A DNA stretch of 64,000 nt, from positions 124,001 through 188,000 of the IMG/VR virus record IMGVR_UViG_3300045999_010033; one strand, 5' to 3'. Every line of letters starts with the position of its first letter. Positions within the stretch are counted from its first letter, which is position 1. Made by a program: the position numbers and the translations under genes. The notes under the pieces were generated by a model that was given only the letters and a program-made list of their open reading frames with translations, was not told the DNA's origin and made no database searches. Positions 55,715 to 63,978 of the stretch are shown here, piece by piece.

Positions 55715-55954
55715 TTATTTAATGGCTTTACCAAACTCTTGTGAAAAGTCCGTATCTTGTGATAAATCAATTGTTTGAACTCGGCACTTTTTACATTCGT
55801 GTTTTTGTGTAAGTATTTCTATTACTTGTTTAGCTTCACTCATTGATTTAGCTTTTGTAAAAAGTATTTGTTCATCCTTTTTGCCAGGAGGAACACCCCA
55901 AATAATATATTCAGTTTTAGTGGTTTCTTTTAATATATCTTTAAGTCTAATCAT
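55715..55954 (-). CDS. putative internal head protein with MIRLKDILKE leader (79 aa)
   Basis: Shares the leader motif; first 23 nt identical to the start of the next gene. Confidence 0.75.
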   Translation of the reverse strand: MIRLKDILKETTKTEYIIWGVPPGKKDEQILFTKAKSMSEAKQVIEILTQKHECKKCRVQTIDLSQDTDFSQEFGKAIK

Positions 55955-56295
55955 GTCGGCGGATTATATTTTTTATCACTTCCCTTTTTATCCCAACTAA
56001 CTCTTACTGGCTTTTTACCTTTACTGCCATCACCTTTATCGCCACGTCCTGCTTTGTTTTGTTTTGCACGTTTACGTCTTACGAAACTTGCTCTACCTTT
56101 TTTTCCAAGCTTTTTTGCCGCTGCCGATGAAAGACATGCCGCATATGCTTCACCTTCTTCGCCGGCTCCACACTTTCCAACACGTTTACCACTGGAATCA
56201 TATCTATCCCAGCCACCACCTCCTTTACCTCCCCATTTGCCCTTTCCGAACCACTTACGGAGGTCTTCGTCTAAAAGGTCAAATAGTTTAATCAT
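55951..56295 (-). CDS. putative internal head protein with MIKLFDLLDE leader (114 aa, Gly/Lys/Arg-rich)
   Basis: EDLRKWF...GGGWDRY...KCG...ACL; strongly basic. Confidence 0.75.
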   Translation of the reverse strand: MIKLFDLLDEDLRKWFGKGKWGGKGGGGWDRYDSSGKRVGKCGAGEEGEAYAACLSSAAAKKLGKKGRASFVRRKRAKQNKAGRGDKGDGSKGKKPVRVSWDKKGSDKKYNPPT

Positions 56296-56618
56296 TAGAA
56301 TACGGAATTGATTTGAGATGAAACCTCTTTACCATACTTTGATTGACATTGTTTCATCAATTCATTATAGATATTTGTTCTCAAATCTATAAGCTCTTTT
56401 GGAGTATGTCCAAACTCTTTCTGCATATCCAACATACTATTCAAAATGTTTTCAAATGCTCCCATTTTCATAAATTTGGCGAACTCAAGTACCGCTTCGG
56501 TATGCGCATTTCTATCGGTTAATTTTTCTATCTTTTTAACGATAGGGTCTACATTGATCGCTTCTTTTAATCCGGTAACTACCTTTGTTTCTGATAGTAT
56601 ATTAGTTAGTTTAATCAT
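56295..56618 (-). CDS. putative internal head protein with MIKLTNILSE leader (107 aa)
   Basis: Shares the leader motif; preceded by TATTTATA at 56645-56652. Confidence 0.75.
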   Translation of the reverse strand: MIKLTNILSETKVVTGLKEAINVDPIVKKIEKLTDRNAHTEAVLEFAKFMKMGAFENILNSMLDMQKEFGHTPKELIDLRTNIYNELMKQCQSKYGKEVSSQINSVF

Positions 56619-56644
56619 GCTATTTTATTTTAAGTGTTTCAATC

Positions 56645-56652
56645 TATAAATA
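56645..56652 (-). promoter_or_regulatory. TATTTATA putative late promoter
   Basis: Exact motif in the gap after terminase. Confidence 0.55.
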
Positions 56653-56657
56653 TACAA

Positions 56658-58262
56658 TTATCCTAATAACCATCTTATATCTTCAATCTCTCCGTTATTT
56701 CCATAAGAAATTTCATATGGGTTATTTTGTAAGTGGTTTTTAGTATAAACACTTTCGTATTGTTGTATTTTAGCCGAACTTAACATAGACTTTGTAAGGT
56801 CTACTCCTTCATTTCTAAGCCTCAATGCAGTATTTCTAACCCACAGTCCTATCGCCATAGCCATTGTCAAGTCATCGTTGTAGCCCTTCATTGCTTCCGC
56901 TCTACCATTAAACCAAATAAATGTAAATAATTCTTCTATCATACGAGAAGACCGTATTAATATCTCTTTTTCTCTAAGATACGTATCTAATGCAGAAATA
57001 ATAAGTGGTCGCGTCCTTTGTGTTACCGAAAATCCAGCAACCATCTTGCGTTCCTCACGATAATATTTGTTGGTCATTTGCCTTTCTACATCAATGTATT
57101 TCAAGTCATTACTCATGTAAAATAGATTACCATATCCACGATTAATGATTTGTTGTATGGCGGCCCAACCTACGTTTGAGTTTTCCACAACTAATAGGGC
57201 ATTATTGTATTCGGTAGCAAGTGAAACTAATAGGTTTCCAAAATCTTTTGTATTGATTTTACCACGATATTCTGCAACTTGTGAGCAATTATCTAAATCT
57301 ATAACTTGTGCAGTTGAAAAGTCATTTGAATCACCACGTGAAACGTCCGCAGCAACCATATAGTTTCTTGTATAATCCGGATGTTCCCATCTCCATAGGT
57401 TTCCATCGAAACCAGTTTTTTCAATTGGATCGATTACCCAAGTTTGCTTATACCACATTAGAAGTTGTGGGTCTATCACAGTATCACCGGAACTTACAAA
57501 ATCACAATCACACTCTTGCGCAGCTCCTTTTACACCAAGAACACGTGTTTGATCATCTCTCCACGTTTGATTTCTTTCAGGGTGCTCTGTCCAATGAAGC
57601 ATTATATTATTGAATCCATTTATTCCACTTTCTCCATCTACCCACATTTTATGAAACCAATTACCAACACCATTTGGAGTTGATAGTACAATAGCAGAAC
57701 CACCAGTTGAAAGTGTAGATTGCGCCGATAGCCAAATTTCATCAATATCTCTAATGAACGCTGCCTCATCAATTACAAGCAATGATAGGGCTTCAGAACG
57801 TCCTGCATCAGGAGATGATGTGATTGCTTTAACTTGCGAACCATTTTTTAGTTTAAGAGATAATTTATTATCTTCAACTGATGCGGATGAGCCATCTCTC
57901 AACCAAATTGGCAAAAGATCGTGCATCACTCTTACTTTTTCTACAAGGTTTTTTGCAACTGTTACTTTTGTAGCAATAACAAGTGCGTTAAAATCCGCAT
58001 TGAATATCATTTTCCATAAAATAAATCCTGCGGATAACGTGGATAATCCAAGTTGTCTACTCTTTAAAATTATATTATAACGATTATCTTTAAAATCAGT
58101 AATACATTTTTCTTGAAATGGAAAAAGGTGAAATGGAATTTTACCACGAGTAGGGTGCTGAATGACACAATACTTTTTCATAAAGTATATTGGGTCTAAT
58201 GCACATTTTTTATACTCATCGGCAATTAGGTCTTTCAGGCTTCTATTTGGATTTATTGGCAT
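56658..58262 (-). CDS. gp17: terminase large subunit (T4 gp17-like)
   Basis: Walker A KSRQLGLST, Walker B LVIDEAAF, STPNG coupling motif, QECDCDF, nuclease DVSRG and YNDDLTMA. Confidence 0.95.
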   Translation of the reverse strand: MPINPNRSLKDLIADEYKKCALDPIYFMKKYCVIQHPTRGKIPFHLFPFQEKCITDFKDNRYNIILKSRQLGLSTLSAGFILWKMIFNADFNALVIATKVTVAKNLVEKVRVMHDLLPIWLRDGSSASVEDNKLSLKLKNGSQVKAITSSPDAGRSEALSLLVIDEAAFIRDIDEIWLSAQSTLSTGGSAIVLSTPNGVGNWFHKMWVDGESGINGFNNIMLHWTEHPERNQTWRDDQTRVLGVKGAAQECDCDFVSSGDTVIDPQLLMWYKQTWVIDPIEKTGFDGNLWRWEHPDYTRNYMVAADVSRGDSNDFSTAQVIDLDNCSQVAEYRGKINTKDFGNLLVSLATEYNNALLVVENSNVGWAAIQQIINRGYGNLFYMSNDLKYIDVERQMTNKYYREERKMVAGFSVTQRTRPLIISALDTYLREKEILIRSSRMIEELFTFIWFNGRAEAMKGYNDDLTMAMAIGLWVRNTALRLRNEGVDLTKSMLSSAKIQQYESVYTKNHLQNNPYEISYGNNGEIEDIRWLLG

Positions 58263-58918
58263 TATTTTTTCAATTTTATTTTCCAGTAAACTGAACCATT
58301 TACATATGGTGTGATTGTAGAGCCATTTTGTAATCCAACACCTAATCCAAATATTTTATTTTTTGGAGTTTGGTACATTAGACTTAATCCAATCGTATTT
58401 GGTAATTGGTTTTTTGTAAATCCACCATTTATTCCGAAATACAAAGTTGAAGTTGGTACCGGAGTTAACCACGTTGTATCGTGAATTTCTTTTTGATTGA
58501 TATTAGATAAATATGTTCTATACCAAATACGATTTTCTTTTATAGTATCAGTTAAAGTTACATATCCCAATGAATCTTTTAATTCAAGTGTATCAATAGA
58601 AACTTTCTTTGCAAAATAGTCTTTAAGAATTTCTGCGGTATCCACATTTTCATATTGAACCGCAGTATCGTATTCAACTATAAATGTGTATATTTGTTCT
58701 TTACTACGATATTCAGTAAAACGATTTGGAATGTATTTAGTACTTGTTGTTTTTTTATTTACTTTATAAAGTTCTCCATCAATTACAACCGTATTTGATT
58801 TATCATATTTAGATTGTTGACATTGCATAAATGTCAAAAAAATTAAGAATATAACAAGTAATACTCCTTTCCAATCGAGTAGTGATTTGAAATTAAAATT
58901 TAACGATGAGTTCGGCAT
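58262..58918 (-). CDS. membrane-anchored protein (218 aa); spanin-like candidate
   Basis: N-terminal TM helix GVLLVIFLIFLTFMQC; C-terminal amphipathic beta strands ending YVNGSVYWKIKLKK. Confidence 0.55.
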   Translation of the reverse strand: MPNSSLNFNFKSLLDWKGVLLVIFLIFLTFMQCQQSKYDKSNTVVIDGELYKVNKKTTSTKYIPNRFTEYRSKEQIYTFIVEYDTAVQYENVDTAEILKDYFAKKVSIDTLELKDSLGYVTLTDTIKENRIWYRTYLSNINQKEIHDTTWLTPVPTSTLYFGINGGFTKNQLPNTIGLSLMYQTPKNKIFGLGVGLQNGSTITPYVNGSVYWKIKLKK

Positions 58919-59570
58919 GATTTAGTTTAATAAATTCTTCTTCTAATAATCGTTTTCTTTCTATTAATAATTCTATCACTTCTCCCGCATCGGTTACTTC
59001 TTGCTCTAAATCTGCTTTTACTTTATTTATATCAATATCCCACGTCCATTTTTGTAAAGAACCATCTTCCATAACAATAGTAAAATCATCTTTTACTGAT
59101 GCCAATGCTTCTTCAAATCTTTGCTTCATTTCTTTTGAAAACGCTAATTTATTACGAGTTAGTTTGTAATCAACATATAAATCATAAACACCATCAATTC
59201 TCAATTGTGTTTCAAATTCAGCAAGGCAATTAATACATTTGCCAGTTTTCCTCAATACCTTTTTATCGGCATGGGAATACTTAATTGTTTTACAACTTTC
59301 GTTTGAGCAAGTGTTTAGTTTTTGTAGATATTGTCTTACATCATCAAAATCCGAAACTGATTCTTTGAATCCATCTTGTTGCTTCCATGTCTTTCCATCC
59401 TTATCGGTCCAAACTTCTCCAACTTCTCTTTTTACAATTTCTTCTTTTTCTCCATCATAACCAAATACTCTTTTTGTATTATCTTCTCTACCGAAAACGG
59501 TATCAATTATTTTTTTACGAGATTTGTGAATGTACTTGTTTTTTTCATCCCAACTTTTCCTTTTTTGCAT
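58893..59570 (-). CDS. hypothetical protein with Cx4C-x16-Cx2C zinc-finger-like motif (225 aa)
   Basis: CSNESC...CINC; KREVGEVWTDKDGKTWKQ motif; upstream of terminase. Confidence 0.75.
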   Translation of the reverse strand: MQKRKSWDEKNKYIHKSRKKIIDTVFGREDNTKRVFGYDGEKEEIVKREVGEVWTDKDGKTWKQQDGFKESVSDFDDVRQYLQKLNTCSNESCKTIKYSHADKKVLRKTGKCINCLAEFETQLRIDGVYDLYVDYKLTRNKLAFSKEMKQRFEEALASVKDDFTIVMEDGSLQKWTWDIDINKVKADLEQEVTDAGEVIELLIERKRLLEEEFIKLNHAELIVKF

Positions 59571-59599
59571 AGTTTGTTTTTTTGTAACTGTTAATAAAA

Positions 59600-62500
59600 T
59601 TATTCATAAAATATTCCTAAAAGCTGATTTAATGGAGCGAATGTGCCTGTAAGTTTATAAGTCTTTCCGTTATAAACAAATACAATACCTTCTGCTGCTA
59701 CTATTTTATCTACCCCACCCAATGAGTTTAATCTTTCTAATTCGTTTTTGAATTTTTTAATTATAGATGTGTCTCCGGTTTGTTTTACTTTTTGTGCAAC
59801 TGAATCCAATTTCGTTTTCATAGCACGAATGGCAGTATCGGGGTGCACAGTTATTACTGATGTTACAAATTGTAAAACTTCAGAACCTACTCCCAAAAAT
59901 ATTTCTTCAAACGGTTTTATATTATCACGTTGTTGTTTTGGAACATTTATCTTATCGTGCTCTATTGTCCAATTTTGCAATGTTTTATCTGATATTGTAT
60001 TTAACCTAAAAGATTTTTCTCCAAATCCCCATCTGCGGATTAGTGCTTCTTTTGTAAGTTTATCGGGCTTAACGGGTGATTGCTTATCTATAAAATCTGC
60101 CCACCATGCGTAGTGATAATCCGAAACGGAAGCAGAATCAGAAAGTCCAAATTTAGATTGTAGTTTGTTTAATTTTCCAAACCAATATCCTTGCTTCGAT
60201 GAAAGCTCTTTACTTTTTGGAAGTTCTAAAACCGGAGGACCTGCTATCGTATATTTGGATTGCACATTTGCGTTGATTTGTTTTATCATGCCTGCCAATA
60301 CTCTTGCGCTAGATTGGTCGGCGCTTATTGCCTTACCCGCATCATCATAACACACCGTTCCATGAAATACTAATAATGCCTGTCCGTATGGTATTACGTT
60401 TACTGATTCTGGCCATATAACTTCAAGATTCATAAAACATTTCCCATTATTAAATATCTTTTCTTTTTGTTTTTCTGAAAGCCCACCTATTGCGGCGTTA
60501 AGGTCTTTCATTGCAAAATTATACGCATCGGTTAATCCACCACGACCTGCAAATTTAGATGCTACATCTTCTATACCCATTGCGTTTGCTCCTGCATTTG
60601 CAAGATGTCCTTTGTTACGTGCGGCAATCAATCTTCCATTCTTCCAACTTATTGCCAAAGCCTGTCCGTCGGTTTTTTCACGAGCCAATTCCAAACGACC
60701 ACTTAGTGCGCCAGATATAATACGTTTAAGGTCACCAAACGTAAGCCCCATATCATCAAATGGATGTGACATGTGTCCATACGCACCACCTTCTTGTAAT
60801 AGAGAAACTATACGATGCTCATATCCTCTTTCACGAATTACATCAACCGGTCTAATTGCCTTTGGTTTTACATATACATCTGGATAAGAGTATGGGTTTG
60901 GTCTTGAATTAAATGGATACATTTCCCATTTATCTGCTTTATCTTTTGCATATGCATCTCCTTTAGATGGATGAATTGTACGTTTAGCAGGTCCGTTTTC
61001 CTCTCTTGGATTATTAACCGGTATATTTTTTGCTGCCTTTTTAGCATCACGTTTTGAACTATATTCTAATACATCATATCCTACTATTTCAGCGTGCTTT
61101 TTTCCATATTTATCGTGCTTTTCCCAATCAGGAGAATATGGAGATCTGAAACTTTCCCCATTACTTGTCCCATCTACTACGGCTTCATTTACAAAATTCT
61201 TTTTATTGAATTTAGTTGGTTTAAAATCAGTACGTGGTAAGTTCTTAACACGCCAAATTACATATGGTTGGTCTTGCTCATCATCACCGAATATAGTATC
61301 CGCAGTTGGGAAATCAATTTGAATATATCCGCCATTAGTAAACCACTCATCGGATTTATTTATACCATCATTGTTACCCAATTTTCTTTTATATCCTTTT
61401 GGTAAAAACATACCATCGGGTTGGTCATCATTAAATGCACCCTGAATACTTGTTGCTTCGTTTATAATTCCCTCTTGGAATATCTTTTTATTAATCTTAC
61501 CATATTCACGCATTAGTATTCCGGCCACCGCATGGGCTTTATTTTCAACAGAAGAGCCAGTCTTACCATCCTCTGCCCTATCTTTAATAATGCCCATTTC
61601 ATCTTGCTTACGATGTACCATTTCATGCGCAATCGTTCTTAAAATATCGGCAGTTAGGCGACCTTCGGTTGAAACGAATATTTCTTTTGTATTATCATCG
61701 TATCCACCAAGAGATGTTTGTGATTCTGCGAACTCACCACCACCTACTAAATTGATTTTAGGTCTTTCATTTAGTTTCAATCGCTTTGTAGCATATTCAA
61801 CGAAATGATTTATTGATTCGGTTTTACTATCCAATGCATCTTCGGTTTCTCCGGTTTCGGGATTGTGATGTGAAAACGTTTTGTGCCAAATTTTAGATTT
61901 TTCTATTGCCCTTGCAGGATTAAGTTTATCTATTTTTTGTTGTGGTGATAATCTTCTATTAAACATTCCGGTAGCAGGAACATAATGTTCTTCATTCAAT
62001 AAATCTGCTGCGTTTCTTTTTGGTTCTTCTTTTTTATAACTTTTTATAGATTGTAATAATTGCGCATCGGTTAATTTGTATGTTTCTACACGTTTAATAA
62101 CTTTTTCTAAAAAGTTTATTATAAATTTATTGTTACCATCTTGGGTTGATGAAATTTCGAACAAACCCATTGTTGCAGTAGATAGTGCCGCACCACCACC
62201 CGCTGCTTGCGCACCACCAAATCCCAATGTTTCAAGTGCAGCATGCTTCACAATATCTTTTCCCAAATGAATACCAAACCCACCAAATCCATGTGTAAAA
62301 ACACCAACTGAACCTTGTGCTGCTGCACTTGCAACTCCTAACGCACCTTGACCAGCGCTAACCGCTTTGGCCGCCGCTACACCTGCGCCACCTAACATCA
62401 TAGACCCCATTAACAATCCAACATCAATTGCAAAATGTTTGACATGATGTAATTGTTCTTTTCGTTTTTCATCGGAATAATCCCACTTTCCGGTTTGCTT

Positions 62501-63895
62501 ATTTTTTACAGAACCAATCTTTTGTCCATTAGCCAATGCTTTAACTGCATCAACAGTTCCACCAATCATTTCTTTTTTGTGATGCGCCCACTTTTTTATT
62601 CCTTTACCAAAACCTTTAATGGCAGATTTTAATCTGGTCATCATTCCTTTTCTCTCCGGTGATTGTGGATTATTTATTTGTTCTATTGTTTTAGTTTCTT
62701 CATCAGATAACTTACTTTTTTCCGAATCCAATTGAGTTTTAATTTCTTCTTTTTCTTTTTCTGATTCCGGCTTTTCGGCATTTGTTTTAAAATCAGAACC
62801 TGATAGTTTATTAGGGTCTTCAGTTGGCTCTTCTGCTCCTGTCGTTTTTGGCTCTGAATCACTTGTGGGCTTTTCTGAAGCCGGTTTCTTTTCTTGATTG
62901 GTAGAGGCAGATGGTTCTTCTTTTGATGATGTCTTTTTATCTTTGCCAGTAAGCTTTTCTGCCTCTACGTGAGCTGGATGATCTTTGGCTAATCTAAGAG
63001 CTGCTCTTACTTTTATTTTTTTCTTTTCTCCTGCGGCGTTTGTATATTCAATTTCTTTATCCATTATAGGATTTTCCGATTCTGCCTCACCTAAATAATT
63101 TGAAATAAAATCATTAAATATATCTTCGGCGGCAGCTCTTTCTATAATTGAAAAAATTGGATTGTATAATTCTGTCTCATCAATTGTTCTAAATGTAGTT
63201 GCCTGCTTTCCGTTTATGGTTGGCATTCCATGAGAATCTGATGATATATCTTTTACTTTCACCTTTTTGTTTTTGAATTTACCCATAAGAACGTTATCTC
63301 CGACATCAACTCCTACTTTAATATTTTCACCGATTAATCGTTTTCTAATTAGGTCAAAAATACCTTTATCAAATTTTGAATATACTTTTTTAAAGTATTC
63401 TATGGCAGTTTTTTCATCTGCGCCACCAATATTTTTTCTTACATCAGTTCCACTAATTGCTTCTGCTTGTGGCGGCACTAAATACGTGTATCCAATTTCT
63501 TTATAACCATAGCCCGCTTTACCACGATATGGTTTAAAATATGAACCACCTAATCTTTCTGCATCTTTTTCTCCAACTGCTGCAACGTATTGTGTAGTAT
63601 CGGCATCAAACTTACTTAATATTTCAACTGGATTGTATGGATTTTTAACCATAACAAATCTATTAGCTGGAATATCAAACATTGTAGTTGCTATCTTTTT
63701 CTTTTCTTTAAAGTTAAAAGGAGATTTAGGTTGGGAAGTCGTATTTGAAGACCCAATGAAAACGTTACCAGCACCAAACTTACTAACTAAATTTTTATAT
63801 GCTGCATAATGCCCTTTGTGGAATGGTTGAAATCTACCACTATATACTACTATTGTTTTTTTTACTTTTGGTTTATCTACTTCTGTTATATTCAT
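59600..63895 (-). CDS. 1431-aa multidomain protein: HIGH-motif nucleotidyltransferase, Gly/Ala-rich hydrophobic region, HEXXH metallopeptidase, C-terminal KxDG ligase-like domain
   Basis: YSGRFQPFHKGH and ISGTDVR; IAHEMVHRKQ; EGGAYGHMSHPFDD, EKTDG, EGIV, YKLTG. Confidence 0.8.
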   Translation of the reverse strand: MNITEVDKPKVKKTIVVYSGRFQPFHKGHYAAYKNLVSKFGAGNVFIGSSNTTSQPKSPFNFKEKKKIATTMFDIPANRFVMVKNPYNPVEILSKFDADTTQYVAAVGEKDAERLGGSYFKPYRGKAGYGYKEIGYTYLVPPQAEAISGTDVRKNIGGADEKTAIEYFKKVYSKFDKGIFDLIRKRLIGENIKVGVDVGDNVLMGKFKNKKVKVKDISSDSHGMPTINGKQATTFRTIDETELYNPIFSIIERAAAEDIFNDFISNYLGEAESENPIMDKEIEYTNAAGEKKKIKVRAALRLAKDHPAHVEAEKLTGKDKKTSSKEEPSASTNQEKKPASEKPTSDSEPKTTGAEEPTEDPNKLSGSDFKTNAEKPESEKEKEEIKTQLDSEKSKLSDEETKTIEQINNPQSPERKGMMTRLKSAIKGFGKGIKKWAHHKKEMIGGTVDAVKALANGQKIGSVKNKQTGKWDYSDEKRKEQLHHVKHFAIDVGLLMGSMMLGGAGVAAAKAVSAGQGALGVASAAAQGSVGVFTHGFGGFGIHLGKDIVKHAALETLGFGGAQAAGGGAALSTATMGLFEISSTQDGNNKFIINFLEKVIKRVETYKLTDAQLLQSIKSYKKEEPKRNAADLLNEEHYVPATGMFNRRLSPQQKIDKLNPARAIEKSKIWHKTFSHHNPETGETEDALDSKTESINHFVEYATKRLKLNERPKINLVGGGEFAESQTSLGGYDDNTKEIFVSTEGRLTADILRTIAHEMVHRKQDEMGIIKDRAEDGKTGSSVENKAHAVAGILMREYGKINKKIFQEGIINEATSIQGAFNDDQPDGMFLPKGYKRKLGNNDGINKSDEWFTNGGYIQIDFPTADTIFGDDEQDQPYVIWRVKNLPRTDFKPTKFNKKNFVNEAVVDGTSNGESFRSPYSPDWEKHDKYGKKHAEIVGYDVLEYSSKRDAKKAAKNIPVNNPREENGPAKRTIHPSKGDAYAKDKADKWEMYPFNSRPNPYSYPDVYVKPKAIRPVDVIRERGYEHRIVSLLQEGGAYGHMSHPFDDMGLTFGDLKRIISGALSGRLELAREKTDGQALAISWKNGRLIAARNKGHLANAGANAMGIEDVASKFAGRGGLTDAYNFAMKDLNAAIGGLSEKQKEKIFNNGKCFMNLEVIWPESVNVIPYGQALLVFHGTVCYDDAGKAISADQSSARVLAGMIKQINANVQSKYTIAGPPVLELPKSKELSSKQGYWFGKLNKLQSKFGLSDSASVSDYHYAWWADFIDKQSPVKPDKLTKEALIRRWGFGEKSFRLNTISDKTLQNWTIEHDKINVPKQQRDNIKPFEEIFLGVGSEVLQFVTSVITVHPDTAIRAMKTKLDSVAQKVKQTGDTSIIKKFKNELERLNSLGGVDKIVAAEGIVFVYNGKTYKLTGTFAPLNQLLGIFYE

Positions 63896-63946
63896 ATTAA
63901 TAAATATCTTTTTTTATTGAAATATTATTATTACTATTTTTTTAAT

Positions 63947-63978
63947 CGAACATACGAAATTTTTTTCTAATTACCAAT
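63947..63978 (-). promoter_or_regulatory. Bacteroidota-type -33/-7 promoter candidate
   Basis: Minus strand ATTG-N20-TATGTTCG upstream of the 1431-aa gene. Confidence 0.45.

Noticed and set aside
44070-58262. Introns, inteins or homing endonucleases in terminase, portal or capsid genes
   Set aside because: ORFs are uninterrupted and of expected size; no splice-junction, LAGLIDADG, HNH or GIY-YIG motifs noticed.
2499-63506. Remaining plus-strand ORFs in the track
   Set aside because: All lie antisense to well-supported minus-strand genes and have no recognisable motifs.
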